From contig JAEWUV010000002.1 of assembly GCA_023396915.1 (NCBI GenBank), positions 86,087-150,086 on the forward strand: DNA of 64,000 bases. Reading direction: 5' to 3'. Of this stretch, positions 18,784-27,524 are shown piece after piece. Each line of letters opens with the position of its first letter. Within the stretch, counting starts at the first letter, position 1. The notes beneath the pieces were generated by a model. It was not told the DNA's origin, made no database searches, and saw only the letters and a program-made list of their open reading frames with translations. The DNA is from Candidatus Parcubacteria bacterium (GTDB lineage Bacteria; Patescibacteriota; Microgenomatia; UBA12405). The position numbers were made by a program, and so were the translations under genes.

Positions 18784-19404
18784 TTATGATTTTAATTGTT
18801 TACCAAAAGCAACACACTCTTGGATGTCGTCAACTAAGGCAAAGCCGGGAAATTCAAAAGCTCTTTTTATGGTGTCAGTAAGCTTAGGAACATCTTTGGC
18901 ATCGACGCTTTCAACAAATACTTTTGGATTAATTGTTTTAATTAATTCAACCGGATGAATAGGTTCGTTTATATTTCCAGTTGGAGTTGATTTGGTGTGG
19001 GCACCTTTTGGAGTAGTAGGGCTGGTCTGTCCGGTGGTTAAACTGTATAAAAAATTATTAGAAACGATAACTTTGATAGGGATATTAGCCCTGGCGGCAG
19101 CAACTAAATGATTAAGTCCCTCACCATAGATTCCGCCATCGCCCCCAATAACAGCAACTGTTAATTTTGGATTAGCTAATTTTACTCCCATGGCAGTGGC
19201 TACTGATCGACCATGAAGAGTATGAACTCCATAAGTTTTCAAAAAATCGGCCATATTACCGGCACAACCAATGTCATAATTCATGACCAAAGTATTTGGG
19301 TTAATTTTTAGATCGGTGAAGACTTTTTGGAGGGTGGCGAAAACCAAATAGTTATGACAACCAGGACACCAAGTAGGGGTGATATTTGAGCGATAGTTAT
19401 ACAT
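18784..19404 (-). CDS. 2-oxoacid:ferredoxin oxidoreductase, beta (TPP-binding) subunit, short form
   Basis: CPGC...GCAGN...GGDGG thiamine-diphosphate binding motifs. Directly follows the alpha subunit. Confidence 0.75.
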   Translation of the reverse strand: MYNYRSNITPTWCPGCHNYLVFATLQKVFTDLKINPNTLVMNYDIGCAGNMADFLKTYGVHTLHGRSVATAMGVKLANPKLTVAVIGGDGGIYGEGLNHLVAAARANIPIKVIVSNNFLYSLTTGQTSPTTPKGAHTKSTPTGNINEPIHPVELIKTINPKVFVESVDAKDVPKLTDTIKRAFEFPGFALVDDIQECVAFGKQLKS

Positions 19405-19406
19405 AA

Positions 19407-21113
19407 TTATTTTTCTAAAAACTTAATAATTTCTTCGGGAAAGAAAGGACGACCATCATTTTTAGTAAAAATTTTTGTTGGATTGAATTCGAATTGAGAT
19501 TTTAATAAAGTTGTCATCTGGCTAGTGCCGTTATTTTCAATAACAATAATTTCTTTGAACGGTTTTATTATATTTTGAATATCAGGGTTAATTGGCCAAA
19601 GAGTTCTTAGTTGTAAAAAAGCAAAATCTGTTTTGTTTTTTAGATTTTTTAAAGCCTCGAGGATAGCACCTTTTGGAGAACCCCAGGAAACAATTAATTT
19701 TTTAGCTTTTTTGTCACCAAAAAAATTAGCTTTTGGAGCAAGTCTTATGGCCATTTCATTTTTTAGCTGACGTTTGGCAAACATTTTATCGGCGGCCTTG
19801 GCATCTTCAATAGCAAAACCGTATTCGTTATGCTCGTAACTATTGGCTAAAAATTGACCATTAGAAACACCCGGTAAAGTCCTAGGTGAAATTCCGTTTG
19901 AAGTAAATTTGTAGCGTTTAAAATCTTTTCCTGGTTTAGTGTCAATATCACCATTTTCTATTTTTACCTTTATATCAGACAAATCTTCCAGACTTCCACC
20001 TGATTCACTTAGGAGTTTATCGCTAACAATAATTACCGGGGTTTGAAGTTTGGCGGCTAAGTTTAAGGATTGGAAACCTGCTTCAAAAGATTCCTGTAAA
20101 TCACCCGGGGCAATAACCACTTTAGGAAATTCACCATGACCGGAATAAATAGCATGCATTAAATCACCCTGAGCCGTCCAGGTGGGTAAACCGGTAGCCG
20201 GTCCTGGTCGAGAAACCAGATAAAATACTAAGCCAATTTCACTAACACCACAAAAGCTAACAGCTTCGTTCATCAGAGCAAAGCCACCACCAGAAGTACC
20301 AACGGCAGTACGAGCCCCAGCAAAAGCGGCACCAGCACCTAAATTAGCAACTCCAATTTCATCTTCGGCATGAATTACTTTTAAGTTTGGTAAATTTTCT
20401 TGTTTAGCGGCTAAAAAGTGAAGAGCGCCAGTGGCTGGAGTCATAGGATAAGCGGCGTAAAAATTACCACCACCGGCCAAAAACCCCCAACCAAAGCTTT
20501 CATTACCATCGTATAATTCAACTTTTCTTTTTAGATTAGTTTTACATTTTAAATTAAGTTTGAATTTGGAAAAATTACTTTCGGCATAATTGTAACCGGC
20601 TTGAATAGCTTTAGCATTGAAATCACTTAATTTACAATAAAAACCACAAACAATTGTTTTAGATAAATTAATATCAAGCCCAAACAGGTAAATGGCGACC
20701 CCTAAACTGATGCTGTTAGTCACCAAGGGGCTACCGACTTCGCCGGATAAAGTTTTAAGAGGTAAATTTAAAAAAGTTCCCCTTTTAACCTCTTTTTTAT
20801 TAATTTCCTCGTCAGAAAAAATTAAAGTTTTTTGAGTAAATTCTTCAAAATGCTGTTGCCAATGACCGGGGTTTATAGAAAAAAACATGTCAATTTCTTT
20901 GTGAGCGGCAAAAACTTTGTCTAAAGAAAAAGTGATTTGATAAGTATTGTGACCACCACGAACTAGTGACGGATATTCACTATAATCGACTAAATTAAAA
21001 CCATGAGCAATTAAAATTTTGGAAAAAAGTTGGCCAATGGATTTGATCCCGGTTCCCGCAGGACCAGCAATTTTGATAGTGTAAGAATTTTGGGCCATAG
21101 GTTTATTGTACAC
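19407..21113 (-). CDS. 2-oxoacid:ferredoxin oxidoreductase, fused gamma-alpha subunit
   Basis: An N-terminal gamma-like domain (IKIAGPAGTGIKSIG) precedes an alpha domain (FLAGGGNFYAAYPMTPATG). 568 aa. Confidence 0.75.
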   Translation of the reverse strand: MYNKPMAQNSYTIKIAGPAGTGIKSIGQLFSKILIAHGFNLVDYSEYPSLVRGGHNTYQITFSLDKVFAAHKEIDMFFSINPGHWQQHFEEFTQKTLIFSDEEINKKEVKRGTFLNLPLKTLSGEVGSPLVTNSISLGVAIYLFGLDINLSKTIVCGFYCKLSDFNAKAIQAGYNYAESNFSKFKLNLKCKTNLKRKVELYDGNESFGWGFLAGGGNFYAAYPMTPATGALHFLAAKQENLPNLKVIHAEDEIGVANLGAGAAFAGARTAVGTSGGGFALMNEAVSFCGVSEIGLVFYLVSRPGPATGLPTWTAQGDLMHAIYSGHGEFPKVVIAPGDLQESFEAGFQSLNLAAKLQTPVIIVSDKLLSESGGSLEDLSDIKVKIENGDIDTKPGKDFKRYKFTSNGISPRTLPGVSNGQFLANSYEHNEYGFAIEDAKAADKMFAKRQLKNEMAIRLAPKANFFGDKKAKKLIVSWGSPKGAILEALKNLKNKTDFAFLQLRTLWPINPDIQNIIKPFKEIIVIENNGTSQMTTLLKSQFEFNPTKIFTKNDGRPFFPEEIIKFLEK

Positions 21114-21146
21114 GTTTTAGTCAACTAGAGAAATCTTAAAATTGGC

Positions 21147-21887
21147 TTAATCGGATTTTTTGCGGTTATATTTGCGGCCAGTAAGGGCTTTGGATAAGGC
21201 TTCTCGATAAGCAATTTTGGGCAAGCTTTCTTTATTCTTTTCTAGATAATCTAAGACTTCTTTTTTGTGAAAAGTGGTTAAAGAACGAAGTAACCAAGAA
21301 ACGGCTTTGGTGATTAAAATATCGGTCTCCATTTTTAGATTTTCGATGTTGGCAAAAGCTAATTTTGCCAGACGTGAATCATCCGATTTGCTAACTGATT
21401 TAGTTAATAAAACTAGACTAGCCCGGCGTTTATTAATGTTACTGCTTTTATTAAATTCTTTTAAAATTTTCTGCCATGATAGCCAGTTGTTTAAAACGTT
21501 TTCGGCAGTAAAAATTGACTGGCAGAGAACATCGTCTTCCGCCCAACCATGGGTATGATTTAACCATAAATCTAAATTTTTGGGGTCAAAATTTTTTAAA
21601 GTTTCAGGTGAAAGGGATAAAATCATTGGTCCAACAACAATCTCAGTGTAACTCTCCCCTTTTTGATAAAGGGAATTAAGGAGTTGAATAATTTCATCGG
21701 AATTTAAATTATTTTCTTTGACAATTTTTTTGGCTAAATCCTTGATCTGTTTAGTACTAAATCCATGATAAGGCTTGTTGGTACCAATATATCTTTGACT
21801 AAAAGCAATATTTTCTGGTGTGGAGGCAGATTTTATTTTGGAAATTTCTTTTAAAAGATATAAGTGATGTGGATTTTTGACTGACAT
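21147..21887 (-). CDS. DNA alkylation repair protein (AlkD/AlkC-like HEAT-repeat glycosylase family)
   Basis: All-helical 246-aa protein with a W..DD...Q and RRASLVLL pattern resembling the DNA_alkylation family. Confidence 0.5.
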   Translation of the reverse strand: MSVKNPHHLYLLKEISKIKSASTPENIAFSQRYIGTNKPYHGFSTKQIKDLAKKIVKENNLNSDEIIQLLNSLYQKGESYTEIVVGPMILSLSPETLKNFDPKNLDLWLNHTHGWAEDDVLCQSIFTAENVLNNWLSWQKILKEFNKSSNINKRRASLVLLTKSVSKSDDSRLAKLAFANIENLKMETDILITKAVSWLLRSLTTFHKKEVLDYLEKNKESLPKIAYREALSKALTGRKYNRKKSD

Positions 21888-21899
21888 AATCTTATTATA

Positions 21900-23000
21900 T
21901 TATCTTCGGGAGATTTTGTGTTTGAAAGTTACGGGGGTTAAAAAGGATAATATCTCTCCAACCCAAAAATAATTAGAAAGTAAACTAATATCACAACCAT
22001 ATTTTTTGAGCATTAAATAATCGATAGAAAAACTTAACAAAGAAACTGTAAAAGGAATTAGAGTTGTAAATTTAGTTGAATATCTGACAAAGAAAAAGTT
22101 AATAACCAAAGCGATGATAAATAATATTGGCAACCAACAACCGTTGTGAATGTCAGTTGTACCTAAAATTTGGCCGGAAGGAGTGGAAATATTTTCGTTA
22201 ATATCAGTTTTGGGAAGCTGAAAATTAATAGTTGGGACTGGTAGATTAAAACGCTTAGTTTCTGAATAAGAAAAATTTTTTTTGGCTTCGTTGGTAGTAT
22301 TTGTAGTAAAAGTGTTTGTATTGGTGTTATTACTGGAATTATTAGTGTTATTGGTAGTAGATGAACTGTTTTTGTTGATGTTAGTAACAGTAATAGTTTT
22401 TCTGGAAATATTTCCAGCCGGGTCAGTGGCGATAAATTCAAAAGAACCATTTTGGGTAAAAGTGTAGGAGGAAAAATTTAAAACACCTTCATTAGTTGAA
22501 GCAACGACGGTGATATTTTGATCTGTCGGATTTAGGTTATATGGTTTTATGGTAATAACTGGAGGAGTAGTGTCAACAACGGTAATAACATTGGTTAACG
22601 TCAGCGATTTGGCAATAGCCCCACCGGTGCAATTTTCATTAGAAAAAGCTTTAAGAGTAATGTTGTAAGTCCCCTCGTCTGACGGCGAAAGAAAATCAAA
22701 AATATTTTGGTGAAAATCACTAGAAAAAAAATTAGCAGTATCAACACAAACAGAATTTTGACCGGAGAAAGTGTATTGGGTAGAAGACCAATTGGCAGTG
22801 TCGTTGGAGTCTGAATTATCAAACCAAGTAGAAACATTAATAGTGGCCTTAATACTTTGTTGGGGTTCGACAGTAACAGAAAAATTATTATCAAACATAG
22901 CGCCGGTTACCCAAGTGCTGGCAAAAGCGGGGGTTTTTAGGGGTAGAAAAAATAGGGCAATAAAAACACAAAACCAGTTTCTAAAAATACGAAAGCTCAT
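21900..23000 (-). CDS. Secreted/membrane protein with an Asn/Thr-rich low-complexity region and C-terminal TM segments
   Basis: Signal peptide, an NTNNSSNNTNTNTFTTNTTN tract, and hydrophobic C-terminal helices. Confidence 0.35.
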   Translation of the reverse strand: MSFRIFRNWFCVFIALFFLPLKTPAFASTWVTGAMFDNNFSVTVEPQQSIKATINVSTWFDNSDSNDTANWSSTQYTFSGQNSVCVDTANFFSSDFHQNIFDFLSPSDEGTYNITLKAFSNENCTGGAIAKSLTLTNVITVVDTTPPVITIKPYNLNPTDQNITVVASTNEGVLNFSSYTFTQNGSFEFIATDPAGNISRKTITVTNINKNSSSTTNNTNNSSNNTNTNTFTTNTTNEAKKNFSYSETKRFNLPVPTINFQLPKTDINENISTPSGQILGTTDIHNGCWLPILFIIALVINFFFVRYSTKFTTLIPFTVSLLSFSIDYLMLKKYGCDISLLSNYFWVGEILSFLTPVTFKHKISRR

Positions 23001-23256
23001 TTGGGCAGGGCAAAAACAAAAACTTTTTTAAGTATAGAGACTTTAAAAAAAGATTACAATTGGCTGAAAAATACTTAATATTTACTAATGGTATGAGGGT
23101 GACTAGCATCAGGTTTCGCTTGTTTCGCTTCTTGAGAGACTTTTGTTTGTTCTGGAGTCACAGGAGGACGACTTGGATAATTTTTATCTCCATGATTAAA
23201 AGGAGGGGTTAAATGGATAGGCTTGGTGCTTTCTATTGACATATTTTATTTAAAAA

Positions 23257-23583
23257 CTAATCAAAAGTATAAATTATTTTTTCAAAATTTATGATTTTGT
23301 TATTTTTGTCCACTTTAATCCCCTCTTTTTTATAGAGTTTGTCGCGCCATTTGTTGTGTTTTGGATCAAACCAAATTTTGCCGTTGCTGTAAACAATTCG
23401 ATGAAAGGGAATTTTATCAACATCAGGAGATTTGGATAAAATAGTGGTGATCATCCGCGACATCATAGGATGTCCGCCAGCCGCCGCACATAAAAATCCA
23501 TAAGTGGTTACCTTGCCCTCTGGAATTTGCAGTGCTAATTCCCAGACTTTTTGGGTGAAAGAAGAAGGAGATTTTTGAGCCAT
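23257..23583 (-). CDS. Alkyltransferase-like protein (ATL): MGMT DNA-binding domain with the active-site Cys replaced (PFHRIV)
   Basis: TQKVWELALQIPEGKVTTYGFL and ...KIPFHRIV align to MGMT C-terminal motifs (PCHRV). The nucleophilic Cys is Phe, and the 108-aa length is typical of ATLs. Confidence 0.6.
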   Translation of the reverse strand: MAQKSPSSFTQKVWELALQIPEGKVTTYGFLCAAAGGHPMMSRMITTILSKSPDVDKIPFHRIVYSNGKIWFDPKHNKWRDKLYKKEGIKVDKNNKIINFEKIIYTFD

Positions 23584-23584
23584 T

Positions 23585-24145
23585 TTAAATTTTAAAATAT
23601 TTATCTTTCTCCCAATTTATAACATTATTTTTAATATATTGTTTAATGGTGGAATACTGTTTTTGGTCTTTGACAATAATATCGTGATAACGAGGTTGCC
23701 AAGCAAAAAAGACGGTTTTAGGATTGATTTGACGGGTAACAGCTGACTTGAACTGTTTTATAACTAAAGGAATAGTTTGAGTAGAACGAATAGCTATTCG
23801 GTGATAAAAATAATTATTGTATCTTTTAGTTAGAGACGCATCATGATGCGTCTCTACAGGGTTAAATGAAGTTGATTCAAGATTTAAAAGTAGGTGGATA
23901 TGATTAGGCATAATTACGAATTCACGAATGAAAATATTTTTGAAATGTTTAAGGATGTCAGTAAGACATTGATTAGCGATTAGTCCCATTTTGGATAATT
24001 CCATTTGTTTATTAATTATTTTGCCAAAGAAATTATTGTGTTGATAAGTACAAATGGTGATGAAGTAAATGCCTGAAGTTGAATAATTGTGATTTTTTAG
24101 ACGAGGAGAAGATAGGCGATATTTGGAGGCAAATTTATTTTCCAC
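23585..24145 (-). CDS. RAYT (REP-associated tyrosine transposase) / IS200-like Y1 HUH transposase family protein, single-domain
   Basis: HUH motif (VIMPNHIHLLL). C-terminal AWQPRYHDIIVKD...IKQYIKNN matches the catalytic Tyr region of the IS200/RAYT family. 186 aa. Confidence 0.65.
   Translation of the reverse strand: MENKFASKYRLSSPRLKNHNYSTSGIYFITICTYQHNNFFGKIINKQMELSKMGLIANQCLTDILKHFKNIFIREFVIMPNHIHLLLNLESTSFNPVETHHDASLTKRYNNYFYHRIAIRSTQTIPLVIKQFKSAVTRQINPKTVFFAWQPRYHDIIVKDQKQYSTIKQYIKNNVINWEKDKYFKI
23831..23856. repeat. Perfect 26-bp palindrome tagagacgcatcatgatgcgtctcta inside the transposase CDS
   Basis: The reverse complement is identical to the forward sequence. It is in-frame and encodes ETHHDASL within 23585..24145. 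Confidence 0.9.
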
Positions 24146-25307
24146 TTTTCTTTTCTATAAAATACTTCTTACCTTTTAATTTATCCGGCAATAGGGATTC
24201 TTTGGAATACATTTCGTAACCTTTGCCATAACCAACTTCTTTCATCAATTTGGTGGGGGCGTTGCGAAGACTCATTGGTATTGGCAGATTGCCGTGAAGT
24301 TGGACATCGGCAAGAGCGGACATATAAGCATCATAAGCAGAACGATTTTTGGGAGATTTAGCCAGATAGACTACTCCATGAGCCAAAGTTTCTCGACATT
24401 CTGGCAGGCCTAAAAGTTCAACACTTTTAAAAACTTCATTGGCCAACATTAAGGCAGAGGAATTAGCAATACCAATATCTTCGGAGGCAAAAACCACCAT
24501 ACGACGGGCAATAAATTTGGGATCTTCGCCACTTTCAATCATTCGAGCTAGATAATAAAGAGCGGCATCGACATTGCTGGCTCGCATACTTTTTATAAAT
24601 GCCGAAATTGTGTTGTAGTGTTCCTCGCCTTTTTTGTCGAAACGCAAAAATTTATTTTGAAGAGTATTGATTAGATTTTCTTTGGTTAAAGAGTTGTAAA
24701 GAGTAAAAGAATTATCAATCATGGTCAGAGCCTGACGAGCATCGCCATTGGCCATTTTGATAAGCCAGTCTTTGGCGTCTTTGGTAATTTTTGTTTTTAA
24801 GACTTTGGCAGCCCGAGAAATAACTTCATCAATTTCATCGTCGGTTAATTCATTTAAAATGAATACCCGGCAACGAGAAAGAAGTGGAGAAATGACCTCA
24901 AAACTGGGGTTTTCGGTGGTGGCACCAATGAGAGTTAGGACGCCGGATTCGACGTAAGGAAGTAGAAAATCCTGTTGGGCTTTGTTGAAACGATGAATTT
25001 CGTCTAAAAATAATATTTTTTTGTAAAGACCAGGATTGGTAGTATCTCCAACAATTTTTTTGATATCAGCTTTGCCGGCAGAAACTGCTGAAAGTTCGTG
25101 GATTTCAGCGCCAGTTTCTTTGGCAATAATTTTGGCTAAAGTAGTTTTGCCGACTCCGGGAGGACCCCAAAAAATCATGGAAAAAATTTGGTGATTTTCG
25201 ATGGCTAGACGAAGTGGTTTACCGGGACCAACTAAATGTGTTTGGCCAATAAATTCGTCTAGATTTTTGGGGCGGAGTAATGAGGCTAAGGGTTGAGTTA
25301 GTGTCAT
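24135..25307 (-). CDS. rarA: Replication-associated recombination protein A (AAA+ ATPase RarA/MgsA)
   Basis: Walker [10 protein letters not shown]. Conserved RarA blocks [15 protein letters not shown] and a C-terminal MgsA domain. Confidence 0.85.
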   Translation of the reverse strand: MTLTQPLASLLRPKNLDEFIGQTHLVGPGKPLRLAIENHQIFSMIFWGPPGVGKTTLAKIIAKETGAEIHELSAVSAGKADIKKIVGDTTNPGLYKKILFLDEIHRFNKAQQDFLLPYVESGVLTLIGATTENPSFEVISPLLSRCRVFILNELTDDEIDEVISRAAKVLKTKITKDAKDWLIKMANGDARQALTMIDNSFTLYNSLTKENLINTLQNKFLRFDKKGEEHYNTISAFIKSMRASNVDAALYYLARMIESGEDPKFIARRMVVFASEDIGIANSSALMLANEVFKSVELLGLPECRETLAHGVVYLAKSPKNRSAYDAYMSALADVQLHGNLPIPMSLRNAPTKLMKEVGYGKGYEMYSKESLLPDKLKGKKYFIEKKSGK

Positions 25308-25380
25308 AAATTAACTTTGGGTAATATTCGGGTCTTGGACTCAGTATAAACCTGATGGAAAGAATGGTCAATCGGAAAGA

Positions 25381-26070
25381 TTAGAGATGTTTGATAATTA
25401 GCAAAGGGACGTAAACATCTTTTTGGCAAGATAGGACAAATTCAACAGCATCAACGACGGATTCTACCGGTAAAGCAATAGAGTGGTCGATAGGGATTTC
25501 TTTTTTGAAATTGGTATCCATAAGACCGGGACACAAGCTGATTACTTTGATGCCATAGGGTGAAAGGTCAAGTTGAAGAGATTCAGTAAAACCCTGACAA
25601 GCATATTTAGAAGCATGATAAACAGTATTAAGAGCTTTGGGATAATGACCGGCGGTAGAGTTTACATTTAAAATAGTCCCCTCTTTTTGTTTTTTCATAT
25701 GAGGAATGACGTATTTACACAGATTCATTTGACCAACCACATTAACGTCAATTACTTGTTTGAATTTAACCGGATCATTATCGTCAATTTCACCCTCGAT
25801 ATAGATACCGGCATTATTGATTAAATAATCAATTTTTTGGTATTTATCGATAATAAAATCAACGGCTTTTTTGACTGACTCGTGATTGGCAACATCACAG
25901 AAGTGATAATCACAATTAAATTCTTTGGCGGTGGCAGCGGCTGCAGTTTCGTCAAAATCGAGGATAATAATTTGATAATCTTTGGAAAGGCGAGCAACAA
26001 TGGCACGACCTAAACCATTGGCCCCGCCAGTAATACATATAATTTTTTTATCCATGACTGATTTTAACAA
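25381..26070 (-). CDS. Short-chain dehydrogenase/reductase (classical SDR)
   Basis: TGGANGLGRAI cofactor motif, NNAG, and the YHASKYA catalytic YxxxK motif. Confidence 0.7.
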   Translation of the reverse strand: MLKSVMDKKIICITGGANGLGRAIVARLSKDYQIIILDFDETAAAATAKEFNCDYHFCDVANHESVKKAVDFIIDKYQKIDYLINNAGIYIEGEIDDNDPVKFKQVIDVNVVGQMNLCKYVIPHMKKQKEGTILNVNSTAGHYPKALNTVYHASKYACQGFTESLQLDLSPYGIKVISLCPGLMDTNFKKEIPIDHSIALPVESVVDAVEFVLSCQKDVYVPLLIIKHL

Positions 26071-26112
26071 AATTTATACTAATTTTATTTTATGATTTAA
26101 TAAAGGGTAATT

Positions 26113-27462
26113 ATGATTTGGACAATTTTGCTATTTACTATAATTTTAAGACTGGTTGGGGCTGATCAATCAATGTGGTTAGATGAGGCGATTTCGGCAA
26201 ATGTAGCTAAATTACCGATAGATCAAATTGTAAGTAATTTTTCAGTGGGTGATTTTCACCCGCCAGTTTATTATTGGTTTTTGAATTTATGGGTAAAGTT
26301 TTTTGGAAGTACAGTGGTGGCGATGAGATTAAGTTCAGTATTTTTTTCAATAATTACAGTTTTGGGAGTTTATAAAATTGGGGGAAAATTAAAAGATAAG
26401 AAAGTGGCTTTGTGGGCGGCATGGTTTGTGGCGATAAACCCGCTTTTAATTTACTATGGGCAGGAACTAAGAATGTATGCCATGGCAACCATGTGGTTGG
26501 TATGGGCGGTTTATTACTGGATAAAAATAATAAAAGACAAGAAAAAATCGGTTAAAAGCTGGGTTTTATTTAATAGCTTTTGTTTACTGGCTTTTGTGAC
26601 TTTTTACGCTTCGGCATTTTTGATTGGAGCAATGATACTTTACTTTTTGGTTAAAAAAGAATGGAAAAACTTTGTAAAAAGTATTTTGGGGATAGGAATA
26701 GCAATAATAATAATTTCTCCCCTGTTACTAGGACAGCTAAAAATGTCGGCTGAGGCTTTGAAATTGGTAACTAATTGGAGTTTAGTTTTGGGTAAAGTTA
26801 ATTTAAAAAATTTATTGTTAATCCCGCTAAAATTTTCAGTCGGAAGAATAAGTTGGTATCCTAAAAATGCTTACTATATAGTTGCTGGTTTATGGACTTT
26901 TTTTGTTTGGTTAGTGGTTTTAAGAAATTTTAAAAAAGAAAAAGAATTGGTTTGGTTAATGGTTATTCCGCTAGTTTTGGGAATAGTATTTTCTTTTAAA
27001 TCGCCAATGGTACAGTATTTTCGATTTTTATATTTAGTACCTATTTTGGGGATACTTTTGGCAAAAGAAAGAATGAATTTAATAAAAATATTATTATCTG
27101 TCGGCTTTTTAGGTTTTAGTCTATTTTATTCGTTAAACCCAGTCATGCATCGGGAGGATTGGAGGTCTTTGGCTAATCAGTTGGTTAGTTCGTCAGTCCA
27201 TCAGATTTATATGGTGAAATCGTTTGAAGATCCAATTAAATTTTATAATCCAGATATTAATATATTAGATATCAGAGATAAAATATCAGAGAACAATGTT
27301 TGGGTGGTACCTTATGGAGAAGTGATTCACGGGGTGAATCATAATAAAATTTTGGAAGATGAAGGATATAGATTGGAAAAACAAATTAACTTTAGGGAAA
27401 ATATTTTAGAGGAATGGCAAAAATGTAGCGACAAGGATTTTAAGGGGGCTATTTGTATTTAA
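26113..27462 (+). CDS. GT-C glycosyltransferase (GT39/PMT_2-like)
   Basis: Polytopic membrane protein with the WLDEAISANVAK N-terminal loop motif. Confidence 0.55.
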   Translation: MIWTILLFTIILRLVGADQSMWLDEAISANVAKLPIDQIVSNFSVGDFHPPVYYWFLNLWVKFFGSTVVAMRLSSVFFSIITVLGVYKIGGKLKDKKVALWAAWFVAINPLLIYYGQELRMYAMATMWLVWAVYYWIKIIKDKKKSVKSWVLFNSFCLLAFVTFYASAFLIGAMILYFLVKKEWKNFVKSILGIGIAIIIISPLLLGQLKMSAEALKLVTNWSLVLGKVNLKNLLLIPLKFSVGRISWYPKNAYYIVAGLWTFFVWLVVLRNFKKEKELVWLMVIPLVLGIVFSFKSPMVQYFRFLYLVPILGILLAKERMNLIKILLSVGFLGFSLFYSLNPVMHREDWRSLANQLVSSSVHQIYMVKSFEDPIKFYNPDINILDIRDKISENNVWVVPYGEVIHGVNHNKILEDEGYRLEKQINFRENILEEWQKCSDKDFKGAICI

Positions 27463-27524
27463 CCAAAAAAACATTAAAAAAGAAATGCCTTTAATTTATT
27501 TTAAAAGAGTTTAAAATTGTTTTC

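Noticed and set aside
22163-22894. Several 60-100-aa ORFs overlapping 21900..23000 on both strands
   Set aside because: They derive from the low-complexity Asn/Thr-rich region of the surface protein and have no independent coding support.
23073-23243. Unlisted 56-aa minus-strand ORF (MSIESTKPIHLTPPFNHGDKNYP...) in the gap between the surface protein and the ATL gene
   Set aside because: No RBS or recognisable motif, and it is below the size threshold. It cannot be supported as a gene from sequence alone.
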